Shown: piece after piece, positions 49,774-61,822 of the stretch
Layout of the letters: every line of letters starts with the position of its first letter
How positions within the stretch are numbered: the stretch's first letter is position 1
Assembly (NCBI RefSeq): GCF_036971445.1
Contig: NC_091470.1
Span: forward strand, 156,736,001-156,800,000
Origin: Narcine bancroftii
Taxonomy: Eukaryota
Length of the DNA: 64,000 nucleotides
Reading direction: 5' to 3'
The notes under the pieces: generated by a model
Databases searched by the model: none
What the model was told of the DNA's origin: nothing
What the model saw: the letters and a program-made list of their open reading frames with translations, nothing else
Position numbers and translations under genes: made by a program

Positions 49774-50500
49774 CTGAAACAAAATAAAACAATTCATTGT
49801 ATTTTTCATTCACCCATAACTTTTATAACAAGAGCCAGGTAGAAATATTGAATCATCTCTTTCAATACAAGGGTTAATTTTTAAATGAGAACTTGGGTTT
49901 AGAGAGAACAGTCATGCAGTTTTGACCTTCGTGTCCACAAATACTGAAGCTAAAACATTCAAGGAGGACCCTTCCTAACACCATTTATAATACTATCTCA
50001 TTTACTTCAGGGAAGGGGTAAAACACAAAAGTCTGCCGACAACATGGTTGAAGTAAAAACACAATGCTGGAGAAACTCAGCAGGTCAGTGTCCTTAACGT
50101 AGCAAAGATAAAGATTCATAACCAATAGAATAGACCAGCTGAGTTCCACCAGCATTTCAGTAAAGGTTCCATTATTATCACATAATACTACATTTAAAAT
50201 GTAACATTCTTGAGATTCTTTAACTTTTGTCTACTGTAAGGCAGACAGAGAGGGAGTCATCACTTTGTCCAGCGCCTCTCACAGAAACATAGCTCACCAA
50301 CATAATTTACTCCAACGTTATGGATGTTTTAATGTCTAAACTTTTTTTTCCCCTTGGTTTATGTGTTGATGTTTAGGTACAAGGTGGGATGGATGAGATA
50401 AGGATAATTTGTAAACGTCATAGATCTTTAACTATTGTTGATGACAGAATTGAAAATCATAGAGTTCAAACCTGAAAAATTATAAATAAAATATTCAAAG

Positions 50501-50600
50501 AAACCCTTCAGCACCTGGTGTTCCGAGGCAGTCTTCCCCCCAAGTACTGACCAGGGTTGAGCCTGCTTAGTTTCCAGGATCAGACCATCTCAAGCGCATA
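50501..50600 (-). pseudogene. 5'-truncated 5S rRNA pseudogene or 5S-derived element in MRPL20 intron 2
   Basis: Minus strand reads GGTCTGATCCTGGAAACTAAGCAGGCTCAACCCTGGTCAGTACTTGGGGGGAAGACTGCCTCGGAACACCAGGTGCTGAAGGGTTT, colinear and ungapped with about nt 22-121 of vertebrate 5S rRNA (roughly three-quarters identical by eye against the recalled sequence). Confidence 0.85.
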
Positions 50601-50623
50601 GGTGCTTCGGTGTTTTTAACTAA

Positions 50624-50928
50624 AGCTGCTTTCAGGTGCTCGGAGGCTGGGGGAGGACAGCTGGGACGTTCAGGTGTCTGCGGAGAAGACGCCTTTCTGT
50701 CACCTGAAGGAGAGCCGCGTCCGAGTGAACGCCGGCTCCTGTGGACCGTGGCCGTAGTCCCACTGCTGCTTTCAGGTGCAACGGGGAATTCTCGGAGTCG
50801 GAGATTATACCTACAGGAGGAGAGTTAGGTAAGTGCTCCTCCTGGCCGGGTTCTCCACTTTCTGGTGGCCTCCCTACAGCCGCATTGGCGGCTTTACATC
50901 GGGGTATTTTGGCCACCTGAAAGTGCCC
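50624..50928. mobile_element. Probable PIF/Harbinger-like MITE
   Basis: Imperfect TIRs GCTGCTTTCAGGTG / CACCTGAAAGTGCCC with internal TTCAGGTG and CACCTGAA repeats. Confidence 0.4.
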
Positions 50929-51015
50929 TATGATTATCCCACCTAGTCCACATGGCTCGGCATTCGTTAAGCTACAGATCACGCCTGGTCCCTCCTTGAC
51001 CGACGGGTTCTTTAC

Positions 51016-51126
51016 CGTCCTCATGTTCCGCTTCTTGAGCTTCCTGGCTTTGGTAGAGTAGAGGAACGCTCTCCGCACAGCCCTCAGCGCCAGGCTGTAG
51101 CATCGGTTCTTCCGTCCGCGGAAATG
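51016..51126 (-). CDS. MRPL20: MRPL20 exon 2
   Basis: 111 nt, CAG/GTAAAG; [37 protein letters not shown]. Confidence 0.96.
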
Positions 51127-51314
51127 CTGCCAAACACAAGCAGAAGTAAACTTAGAGTCGATCTGGAGCCCAGCCCCGGTCTTAACGCCAGACTGCAGGC
51201 CCTTCGGCCCGCCACGTCCATGCCGACCCCACCGCAACTCGCTTCCCACGCCTCCCGCCCGCTGGTGGACTCGGGCGGACCCGATTGCTGGCGTGGCCTC
51301 AGGGCCGCTCTCAC

Positions 51315-51401
51315 CCGCGCGTGTTTCAGCACTTCTTGGACCCGCCAGTAGCGGTCGGGCCCGCGGCTCCGGATCCAATGCGAGATCGTGAGGAAAACCA
51401 T
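51315..51401 (-). CDS. MRPL20: MRPL20 exon 1
   Basis: ATG at 51401; [29 protein letters not shown]; GTGAGA donor. Total 450 nt = 149 aa + stop. Confidence 0.96.
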
Positions 51402-51610
51402 CAGCAGCGACGGGACCTGGGACTCAAGGTGGCTGTGCCCCGAGCACCGGTGGCGGGGGGGGGGGGAAAGATGGGGTGCGTGTGGGCATGCGCCAAGTAC
51501 TCCCATCCTGCGCACACGTCAAAGAGAGCAGAACCGGCTCTCATCCTGCGCATGCCTTGTTCTCTCATGTGGAGCCAGGACGATCAACCGAAGTTCGAGG
51601 GGTCGATGTC
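51402..51610 (-). promoter_or_regulatory. MRPL20: MRPL20 CpG-island promoter with NRF1-like motifs
   Basis: GCATGCGC at 51486-51493, TGCGCACACG near 51509, TGCGCATGCC at 51547-51556 (NRF1 consensus GCGCATGCGC). Confidence 0.6.
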
Positions 51611-51874
51611 AAGGTTTCATGTACAGTCCCATGCTTTTTTAAAAAAAATAGTTAATAAAATTGATGTACCATTAATAATTATAAAAAGGCTGATATTGTG
51701 AAACTATCAGGCTTATATTAACTAAAGACAGGAACCACCGTCAACCTCATTGACTGATGGAAGCAAAGAGAAAGAGCAACATGCAAGGGGCCATGGGTAG
51801 GGTCAGTCTCAGGACGCGTGTCCAGCCGGCAGCAGCCAAATATGGCACAACAGCGGTTTACCACAGAAACCATG

Positions 51875-52783
51875 TCTCCTCCTCACTGACTATCACCTCA
51901 AGGATGTGTGTTTAGCCCACTGCTCTACTCACTATACACCCATGACTGAGTGGCCGGGCACAATTCCAATGCTATCTACAAGTTTGCCGATGACCCCTTG
52001 GTTGTAGGCCGAATCACAAATGGGAATGAGAAAGCGTATAGGAGGGAGAGAGATCAGGTCTTTGAATGGTGTTGCACCAGCAACCTTGCACACAATGTTA
52101 GCAAAACCAAGGAGATGATTATGGACTTCAGTAGGAAGTCAGGAGAACACGATCCAGTCATCATCAAGGGCTCAGTAGTGGAGAGGGTCAACATCTCCAA
52201 GAATCTATCTTGGAGCCTCCATGTTGACACAATCACGAAGAAGGCTCACCAGCAGCTATACTTTGTGGGGTGTTTAAGGAGATTCAGTGTGTCACCGAAG
52301 ATTCAAAAACCTCTACAGGTGTACAATGGAGAGAGTTCTAGCTGGTTGCATCACTGTCTGCTACGGAGGTGCCAACGCTCAGGACGAGAAAAAAACTCTA
52401 GAGGGTTGTTAACCTGGCCTGTGACATCTCGGGCACAAGTCTCCACTCCATTGAGGACATTTACAAGAAGCAGTGTCTTAAGAAAGTAGCCTTTATCCTC
52501 AAGGACCCCTACCACCCAGGCCACGCCCTCTTCACTCTGCTACCATTGGGGAAAATGGTACAAGCACCTAAAGACGAGCACTCAGCAGCACAAGGACAGT
52601 TTCTTCCCCGCTGCCATCAGATTCCTGATTGATCAATGAATCAAAGACACTGTCTTACTTTTGGCTTTTCGTGCACTATTTTTATTTATTTCTTGTAAGG
52701 TGGTTTATTTGAACGTTTGCACTATGATGCTGCCACAAAACAATGAATTTTGTGACTTGTTCATGACATTAAATTCTGATTCT
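51875..52783 (+). mobile_element. Rex1/Babar-type LINE 3' fragment
   Basis: PQGCVFSPLLYSLYTHD, KFADD, VSKTKEMIMDFS, KKAHQQLYF; AAATTCTGATTCT tail. Confidence 0.8.
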
Positions 52784-55062
52784 TTCTACGCCATTTAAAG
52801 TCTACGTTTGAAAATTTGCTTTCCTGTATCATTGTTTTTTTTCTTTCTACTTTAAACAAGGAGTGAAGCTAGATTAACAGATTTGAAAAGTTGAAGCGTT
52901 TTTAACTTTTATTTTGTGACTAACTAGTGGGATAGTAAAAGCAGAGCTTTTCTTGTCGTAAATTCTAAAACAGAATATGGATAAGAATACAAAATAACTG
53001 AATATTTATTGGAATGCTAAAATTACTCAGCAGTTCAAGTACCGTCTGGAGAATAAAACAGCCACATTTCAGCTAACGTTGGTGATCTTGCATGAGAACA
53101 ATGAAATATATCAATCTTGCTTCCTCTGAATGCTGCAAGACCTGCTGTTCCTACAGCATTTTTGTGTTTTTACTGCAATCACAGCATCTGCGGACTTTTG
53201 TGATTGACTCCAAAGTAATTAAGATAAGCAGCCTGCCACAATCGTTTTTCCTATTAAAATCAAATGTACATTAAACACAACACTATCACCACATTATGTT
53301 CGCCATTTTAAAAAAAATTATTACCACCACCCCCACCTTCCCTTCAAACAATTTAGATCCACTCACTGTCAGGGCTCAGATTTACGTTGACCATAAAAAA
53401 AATTCTCAATGGGGAAGTCACTTTCATTTACACTACAGCAGCATCTATTATTGCTCTTTTTTATTATTGTAGTTATAATTATATTGGGCTCCTATATGAT
53501 CCAGTTAAGGGTGCCATATCTTAATAAGCATGTCATATTTGTTCTTTTACAAATTAATTACATATTTGTAATTTTTTTCCCATAGGTATGCAACTATTCA
53601 TCTCAGCAGCCCATCGCACTATATGTAGAGGTGAGTCGGATTTCCAAGTAATTGCAATACATTTCTTAGCCATTGCTAAGGCTATTTTAACAAATAAAAC
53701 TTGGAATTTAATTCATGTATTGCTTATTTCAGTAAAGTTGCCCAAAAGATAAAGCTCCAGGTCGTCTGCAAAGGCCACCTCTGTTATCCTTGTTAATATT
53801 TCAGTAATATCCTGCCAGAAAGGTCTCACTTTCACACACAACCAGGTAGCATTCCTATTTCTGTCCCAAACCTAAAATACATCGCCAATATTTCAGATTT
53901 TGATTTATTCAACTTCTATGGTGTGAGGTATAATTGGTGTAGAAAATTATATTTCACTAATCTCTATATCTGTATCCTGAATTTATAATTTTATAATTGA
54001 TGTCATGTTATCCAAACACCAATCAGACCATCATCTTTCCATTATTGCAACACCTAAATCCGACTCCCATCTCTCTCTCAATCTCTGTAAACCTGGTTTC
54101 GCGCTTTCATTCTGGAGAGCTTAGTACATCTTGGTTATAAATTTAGGTGTATTTCTCAGCCAAATCGTTCGTTCCATTTCTCTAATTTCAGGTGCGGCCA
54201 AGTTTCTCCTCCCCCGCCCACCCCCCCAATATTTCTCTTAGCAACAATCAGCTGGAGACCAGCTGCATCATGGTCAGGTATGGGGACACCAATACCCCTG
54301 AGTGTAAAGCCCTGCAAAGGTAGTGGACCTAGCCCAGGATATCACAGGCAAAACCTTCCCCACCATCAAAGAGCAGCAGCAATCATCAGGGATCCACACC
54401 ACCCAACACATGCTCTGTTCTCGCTGATGCCATCAGGAAAGAGGTCCAGGTGTCACAAGATTCACACCATGAGATACCCCTCCACCATCAGAGTCCTCAA
54501 TGACAAACTCAATCAGGAACTCATTTAAGGACACATACTTTTCACTTTATTGATTTTTTTCTCTCTGTATTGCACAGTCAGTTTGTGTACATGTGTATGT
54601 TGATTTACTTTTTTTACATTGCCAATAACTGGTAATACTGCCTGGCCTGGAGGAAAAAGAATCTCAGGGTTGTACGTGATGTCATGTATGTTCTCTGACA
54701 ATAAATTTGGACTCTGAAGTACAAGAATTGTCATTCTGTAATGTATAATATGCAATATATAGCAACCTTTCCCAATGTTTTTTTTTTGTCTATGGTCCCC
54801 TTAAGACTCTGCTCAAAGTTTGTGGACACTCTTCCTTGTGAAGGAGTCAAGTTTTGGGTTCTTCTGTATTTTTCTCCTACCGACTACATAAAAACCACAT
54901 AAAATATATTTTATGATTTCAGTCTGTGGCCCCCCTTAAATTTGACATATGCTTCCCCTCCCCTCATTGAGAATGACTTATATGCAGTATGGTTAAATGT
55001 AGAATGGCATATAATTTATTGTGTTATAAAAGACCCAATCATTTTACAGGTTATAAAAGAAG

Positions 55063-55491
55063 CTAATTCTGTTTCTCGGGAGTATTTTTTTCAAATAAAC
55101 AACATCCATCACAAAAGGTTTGAGCTGAAGCAATGTTGAGGGGCGTTTCACACCATTGGTTTGTGGCGTACATATTGGCACCTTTGCTCAGAAGTAACTG
55201 GATTGTCCGCTCATGGCCCCTTTCCATGGCGAGGTGGAGTGGAGTTTTCATAAGCCAGCCTCTCGCCTCTATGTCAGCTCCACAGTCTATTAGATATTCC
55301 GCAACTTCAGCATCACCCCTCTCTGCTGCCCGATGAAGTACAGTCAAGTTTAGGCCATCCCTGACGTCTACGTTGGCCTCTCGCTGCATTAGAAGTTCCA
55401 TGATTCGGAAATGCCCCGATCCTGCTGCAGCATGAAGTGCAGAAGCTCTGTCACTGTCCATGGCCCCGCGTGCAAGCAAGCTGATCACTGC
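55063..55491 (-). CDS. ANKRD65: Ankyrin repeat domain 65, last exon
   Basis: CAG acceptor 55492-55494; ankyrin repeats ending ADIEARGWLMKTPLHLAMERGH...TNQW, matching the ANKRD65 C-terminal pattern as recalled; adjacent to MRPL20 as in other vertebrates. Confidence 0.85.
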   Translation of the reverse strand, partial: AVISLLARGAMDSDRASALHAAAGSGHFRIMELLMQREANVDVRDGLNLTVLHRAAERGDAEVAEYLIDCGADIEARGWLMKTPLHLAMERGHERTIQLLLSKGANMYATNQWCETPLNIASAQTFCDGCCLFEKNTPEKQN

Positions 55492-55567
55492 CTGCAGGAA
55501 AGGAAGCAAAACGTGAAGTTTATACACAGTTGTCGTTTATTCAGAAGTGCTATACCTTAAGCTACAC

Positions 55568-55918
55568 CAGTGGTTCTCAACCTTTTTCTTTCCACTCATG
55601 TACCTCCTTAAATAATCCCTATGCCATGAATGCTCTGTGATTAGTAAGGGATTGCTTAAGGTGGGATGTGAGTGGAAGGGAAGGTTGAGAATTACTGCTT
55701 TAGACCCAATCGTTACAGAAATATTTTGCTTGGAAAAAATTGACATTGGCCCATTTCCTTTAGAGTTACGAAACTGTGCACATAACGAGTCAATTAAGTA
55801 CAATTAAAACAGTGGTTTTCAAACGTTTTCTTTCCACTTTACTAATCACAGAGCACCTATGGCATAGGAAATACTTAAGGTGGTTTGTGAGTGGAAAGAA
55901 AACATTTGAAAACCACTG
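55568..55918. mobile_element. hAT-Charlie-like composite MITE
   Basis: CAGTGGTTCTCAACC...TTTGAAAACCACTG, colinear with 22835-23198. Confidence 0.75.
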
Positions 55919-55989
55919 CTTTACACCAACCAAACAGTTATTGTTGGAAATTCTCTGAATCTATGTCAGTTGCATAAAGTGAGAATGAA

Positions 55990-56732
55990 CTTTCAAGAAT
56001 TCATGATTCTTTTATTGTCATGCAATGAAACAGATGTAGTATTACACAAAATTGCCGTAAGGCAGACAAAGGTTCGCCATCAGCAGAAATTGCCCAGTGC
56101 CCCTTACAGACAGAGAAAGAAAAGCAAAAGGGTGTCTCCCTCAGAGTCACTGAGTGACCACAACCATACAGACTTCAATCCAAACCATCGGCAGCCTGAG
56201 CTCCATATCCCAACTTCCAACGTGATCAGGAACCCTTCAGCGCCCGAGGACCCTCAGGAGCCCCTCCCACCCTTGGCATCCTCTCGCAACCCCTTCAGCC
56301 AGTCACCAGCAGCTCACAGCCTCGTGCGAGTCCTTTGACCACAGTTATCAGCAGCCTGCACCCTTGTGGGTTTCTCTCCTCCAATCGATGCGAGTCCTTC
56401 AGTCGCAGAGCCTCTTGCTGGCCCGCCGCCGTACTGTCCCATAGGGTTGTCTCCTCTGCTGTTCCTTCTCAAATGGGCGGTGCTTTCCCCATTTTCTGAT
56501 GTCCTGCACCAGTCCTCTGCTTCCCCAGAGTTTGTAACCCATTGAGGCGCTGACAACTTGGGCCCGGATGCCGCGGTTTCAATATTTTAAAATAAACCAC
56601 CATTGGCTCCTTGGTGTTTAACGTCTATACGGAGCTGTCGGCAGTCAGACTTGGTGGTAGAACCCTGCAGAGGAGCGCTTGGTCTCCGCTCTCTGCGCGT
56701 CCACACTAGCTACAGCAGCACTGCCTTCTTCT
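55990..56732 (-). mobile_element. Probable non-autonomous retroelement (GC-rich head, Rex-like tail)
   Basis: Tail CATGACAATAAAAGAATCATGAATTCTTGA; segments recur at about 41915-42050 and 50160-50290. Confidence 0.45.
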
Positions 56733-57004
56733 TATCTGAATAAATGTACAAGACAAATGTATTGGGAATAATTTTTTATTACTTCTGTACTCCTTCCAGT
56801 AAGGGTGGTTTTGGGGCATGCCTCACGGGTTCAATCCTGATCTCCCGTGTTGCCCGTGTGGAGTTTACACAGAGTTTACACTGATTCTCCTGAATTTTCT
56901 AGATATCTCCCATGTTCCAAAGACCTGTTATTGTGCCCCAAATGTGGGTCAGGAGAATCAGTGTGGAGTTGATGGGTTTAAGAAATCAATTCCCTTAAAG
57001 TGTC

Positions 57005-57448
57005 ATCACTTGCAGAAAGGGCTTTTGGCATCTTGGCCTTCATAAATCAAAGCACTGAGTACCGGAGTTGAGATGTTATGGGGTGGTTTCATAAGACATT
57101 GGTGAGGCCACATTTGGGATATCATGTGCACTTCTGGTCACCAAACTATAGGAAGGATATCAGTAAGATCGAAAGAGTGTAGAGAAGATTTACTAGGATG
57201 TTGTTTGTTGATTAAACAGGTTAGAACTTGGGGGAACTTCTCCATTCAGAGAGTGGTGGGAGTTTGGAACGAGCTGCCATCTGACATGGTAAATGTGTTA
57301 AGAATAAATTGGATAGATACGTGAATGGGAGAGCTCTGGAGGGTTAGGGAATGGGTGCAGGTCAGTGGTACTAGAGGATTGATGTTTTGGCACAGACTTG
57401 AAGGGCCAAATGACCTGTTTTCTGTGCTGTAGAGTTCTATGGTTCTAA
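57005..57448 (+). mobile_element. CR1 LINE 3' fragment with internal deletion
   Basis: LVRPHL..FWSP-type segment, RVVGVWNELP and GTTCTATGGTTCTA tail. Confidence 0.7.
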
Positions 57449-58418
57449 GAAAGTGATTGCTCAGAGAGGCAGCAGTTACTCAATGAGCGAAATGGCCTCT
57501 TCTTTGTTGGAAGGAAATATGAGAAAATGTAAGAATAAAAGTATATGGTGAATAACTTAATTTATTGTGTAATATAAATATGCTCCAATGCCAAAAAATA
57601 AGTCAAAAACCATCTGAAATAAAGTTTTCCAGAGTTAAATGAAAACACCATTTAAGTTAATGTATTAAATTAATTAATTTACCTACTTTTTCTGAAACAA
57701 ACTAGCTTCTTATCTGAACTACCACGTAAAAGTCGACCCCCCCCCCAACTTTTGGCCCACCAATCTGGTATTTTCCATACATTGCATATAAAAATTGAAC
57801 CCCCCCCAATTTTTTTGGCCCTGGCTACCTGCACTCCAGAGCTTCCATTGCTTTGAATAGAACTCTTACCTGGGCCCCAGCCACCGATCCACCAGACTTC
57901 CCGAAGTCCTAACCACAGATTCTCGCCGAGGCTTGGCTCTCTTGCCCATCCGAGCTCCAGACGCCTCCAACAACGCAAGTACTTAACCACATAGTATGCG
58001 TGTACAGGTAAACCCCCTAAATTTTATCCTAAACATTGGTCCACAATATTCGACTATTACGTGTACTTCTTTTAAGGATAATTTAACCAAGACATAGATG
58101 AACATTTGAAACAGGAGGATTAAAGGAGCATTTATTTCATAAGGGAAACTGTGAGAGCAGTGGATATAACAAGGAGTGTAGAACCAGACGTTATCCCAGC
58201 TATAATACTGAAGACTTGTGCCCCAAGACTAGCTGTACCTCTTGATGAGCTGTTTTATGGACTGACATAAAACATCTATCCAACAATATGTAAATAGCCC
58301 AGGTACCTTTTAGAAGCAAGGATAATCCATTTTGGGTTCACTCTCCTTCATCAGCAAAGTAATGATAGGTGCTATCAAGTGGCACTTACACTAGTGACTT
58401 AATCGAGGTCTACAAGAT

Positions 58419-59164
58419 AGACAACAGACTCGCCAAGGCAAATAGCGCCTTTGGAAGACTACACAAAAGAGTCTGGAAAAACAACCAACTGAAAAACCTC
58501 ACAAAGATAAGCGTATACAGAGCCGTTGTCATACCCACACTCCTGTTCGGCTCCGAATCATGGGTCCTCTACCGGCACCACCTACGGCTCCTAGAACGCT
58601 TCCACCAGCGTTGTCTCCGCTCCATCCTCAACATTCATTGGAGCGCTTACATCCCTAACGTCGAAGTACTCGAGATGGCAGAGGTCGACAGCATCGAGTC
58701 CACGCTGCTGAAGATCCAGCTGCGCTGGATGGGTCACGTCTCCAGAATGGAGGACCATCGCCTTCCCAAGATCGTGTTATATGGCGAGCTCTCCACTGGC
58801 CACCGTGACAGAGGTGCACCAAAGAAAAGGTACAAGGACTGCCTAAAGAAATCTCTTGGTGCCTGCCACATTGACCACCGCCAGTGGGCTGATAATGCCT
58901 CAAACCGTGCATCTTGGCGCCTCACAGTTTGGCGGGCAGCAACCTCCTTTGAAGAAGACTGCAGAGCCCACCTCACTGACAAAGGGCAAAGGAGGAAAAA
59001 CCCAACACCCAACCCCAACCAACCAATTTTCCCTTGCAACTGCTGCAATCGTGTCTGCCTGTCCTGCATCGGACTTGTCAGCCACAAACGAGCCTGCAGC
59101 TGACGTGGACTTTTTACCCCCTCCATAAATCTTCGTCCGCGAAGCCAAGCCAAAGAAGAAGAAG
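58419..59164 (+). mobile_element. RTE-clade LINE copy 2 with 7-bp TSD ACAAGAT
   Basis: Uninterrupted ORF to the stop at 59103, (GAA)n tail; TSD at 58412-58418 and 59165-59171; near-identical to copy 1. Confidence 0.92.
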
Positions 59165-59372
59165 ACAAGATTCTGAGAGGCATGGATAAAGTGAACAGCC
59201 AGCACCTTTTTCCCAGGGCAGGAGGAGCAAACACCAGAATGAAGGGAGGAAAGTGCAGGGGAGACATCAGGGGTATTTTTTACACAGAGTTGCGAGTTCC
59301 TGGAATGCATTGCCAAGGATGGTGGTGGAGGCTGGAACAATAGGGGAATTTAAGAGACTCTTAGACAAATGC

Positions 59373-59924
59373 GAGGTCAACAAAGGTGATGTGGAGTCCT
59401 TTGTTTTGTTCTCTGCACTATTCTTGGAGCTGTCTGAACATCGAATCCGCAAGCATCGAATCCAGGCTGCTGAAGACACAACTGCACTGGGTGGGTCACG
59501 TCTCCAGAATGGAGGACCATCGCCTTCCCAAGATCGTGTTATATGGCGAGCTCTCCACTGGCCACCGAGACAGAGGTGCACCAAAGAAGAGGTACAAGGA
59601 CTGCTTAAAGAAATCTCTTGGTGCCTGCCCCATTGACCACCGCCAGTGGGCTGATCTCGCCTCCAACTGTGCATCTTGGCACCTCACAGTTCGGCGGGTG
59701 CAATCTCCTTTGAAGAAGACCGCAGAGCCCACCTCACTGACAAAAGACAAAGGAGGAAAAACCCAACACCCAACCCCAACTAACCAATTTTCCCTTGCAA
59801 CCGCTGCAACCGTGCCTGCCTGTCCTGCATCGGACTTGTCAGTCACCAACGAGCCTGCAGCAGACGTGGACATACCCCTCCATAAATCTTCGTCCGCGAA
59901 GCCAAGCCAAAGAAAGAAAAAGAA
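59373..59924 (+). mobile_element. RTE-clade LINE copy 3 with 5' inversion and 10-bp TSD AGACAAATGC
   Basis: TSD at 59363-59372 and 59925-59934; 59373-59436 is antisense RT sequence; the remainder is the sense 3' end. Confidence 0.88.
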
Positions 59925-60549
59925 AGACAAATGCATTGATGACTGAAAAATAGAGGGTTATGAGGTAGAGGGGTGTAGCTTTATTTTGGTAGGGATATAT
60001 GGGTTGGCACAAAATTGTGGGGCAAGGGGCCTGTACTGTAATGTTCTATGTTCAAGTATTCTTGTGATTTATACTTTGTACATTCTAGCTCCTTACTGAT
60101 GTACAGCTTGCTGGTGTCCTTGGCTGTAGAAAATCGTTTAGGCTCCTTTGTGTTTTGATATCTAAGAATTTGTTTGGAGCAAGAAGAAGCTTTGGTATGG
60201 TCAGTGTTTTGATTATCATGCTATAGGAAAGATATTGTCCAGCTGGAGAAGGTGCCGAGAAGATTTACGAGGATGTTTCTGGGTCTCAGGGGCTTGAGTC
60301 ATAGGGAGAGGTTGAGCAGGTTTTTGTACCTGTCATTTCATTGGCATTTATCACAAGATATAGGAGCAGAAGTAGGCCCATCAAGTCTTCTCCACCATTC
60401 TAATCATCCTTCCACTCAGCCCCACTCCCTGGCTTTCTCCCTGTAACCCTTGATGCCGTGAGTAATCAAATACCTGTCAATCTCTGCCTTAAATACACCC
60501 AGTGACCTTGGTTCTACAGCCAGCTGTGGCCACAAGTTCCCTGACATAC

Positions 60550-61099
60550 CTCTTCATGGCCATTAGCAGCAGCAATCGATAATGCAGTCCTTCCAACAGC
60601 ATCTTCAGCATTGACGGGGCTTCCATTTTCCAATAGTAGCTTTATTACTTCCTTGCTTCCAGCTTCTGCGGCTAAATGTAGGGGTGTCATGTTGCCCCAC
60701 GTTGTGCAATGAATGGAAACACCTTTAGAAAGGAGAAATTCTACTATATGTAACTGGTCACTCACAACTGCCCAGTGCAGTGGGGTCCAACAATGTTCAT
60801 CGGTTGCATCCACGCTTGCACCATAGCTCAGCAGTTGCTGCACAGTCAGTGTGTGCCCCCCTGCGGCTGCACAGTGCAAAGCTGTCAATCCACATCTGGT
60901 AGATGCACCAGTTGAAGCCCCACGTTGCAACAGCAGCTCAGCAGTCTGGGTGTGTCCATTCCACGAGGCTCGATGAAGAGCGGTCCATCCATGCTTGTCT
61001 GTAACACTGATTTGTGCCCCACGGTGAACAAGTAGCTTAACCAATGCTTGACAGCCATTAAATGCTCCATAATGTAGTGGTGTGCAACCATGTTCATCC
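60550..61099 (-). CDS. ANKRD65: ANKRD65 penultimate exon (about 6 ankyrin repeats); upstream exon(s) not found in the window
   Basis: CAG acceptor 61100-61102, GTATGT donor; DEHGCTPLHYGAFNGCQALVKLLVHRGAQISVTDKHGWTALHRASWNGH...GRTALSIAAANGHEE; phase 0 matches the last exon. Confidence 0.87.
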
Positions 61100-61239
61100 C
61101 TGCAAACAACAGGTTAACAGAATAGCAACCAAATGCTTCACTGCTCCCACACACTGTTTAATCATCCAGCTGAAATGAAGACTGAAACTTCAGGGGATAT
61201 AGATGTACAAATAGAGGTAAATAAATTCTGGATAGAATG

Positions 61240-61822
61240 AGAGTCACAGTGTGGAAATAAACCCTTTGACTCAACTTGCCCTCTCCACACAAGCCCCACC
61301 TGCCTGTATTTGGCCCATATCCCTCGAAACCCATCCTATTCATGTATCCATCCAAATGTTTCTTAAACATTGCAGTAGCACCCACTTCAACCATCTACTC
61401 AGGCAGCTGTTCCATATACACAACACCCTCTGTATATAAAAAAAAAAATTACTCCTCAGGTTCCTCCTCACAAACCTATGTTCTCTGATTCCCTTACTCT
61501 GGACAAAAGACTCGTAACGTTCACCTAATCTATTCCTCTCATAATTTTGTACACCTCTGTGCGATCACTCTTCATCCTCTTGTGGTCCAAGGAATAAAAC
61601 CCTAGTCTGCTCAACCTCTCCCTATAATTCAGGCCCCCAAATCCTGGCTACAACCTTGTAAATCTTCTCTCCACCTTCTAAAGCTCGACAATGTCTTTCC
61701 TATAGCAAAATTTAACCTAAATGTGGCATCTCCAATGTTTTATACAACTGCAACATGACTATACTCTTGACTGACAAAGGCCATTGTGCCAAAAACCTTT
61801 CTGACCACCCTATCCACTTTCA
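61240..61822 (-). mobile_element. CR1 LINE 3' fragment
   Basis: Minus ORF ATAMFKKHLDGYMNRMGFEGYG is typical of the CR1 C-terminus. Confidence 0.7.

Larger units (their letters stand above)
58395..60053 (+). mobile_element. CR1 LINE 3' relic split by the two RTE insertions
   Basis: Removing the inserts restores GACTTAATCGAGGTCTACAAGATTCTGAGAGGCATGGAT (DLIEVYKILRGMD)...AAGAGACTCTTAGACAAATGCATTGAT...TAATGTTCTATGTTC tail. Confidence 0.8.

Noticed and set aside
50632-51701. Long GC-rich ORFs around the MRPL20 5' end
   Set aside because: Explained by MRPL20 exons 1-2 plus stop-poor CpG-island and MITE sequence.
51697-51865. Short TG...CA-bounded segment resembling a solo LTR
   Set aside because: No TSD, PBS, polypurine tract or second copy to support it.
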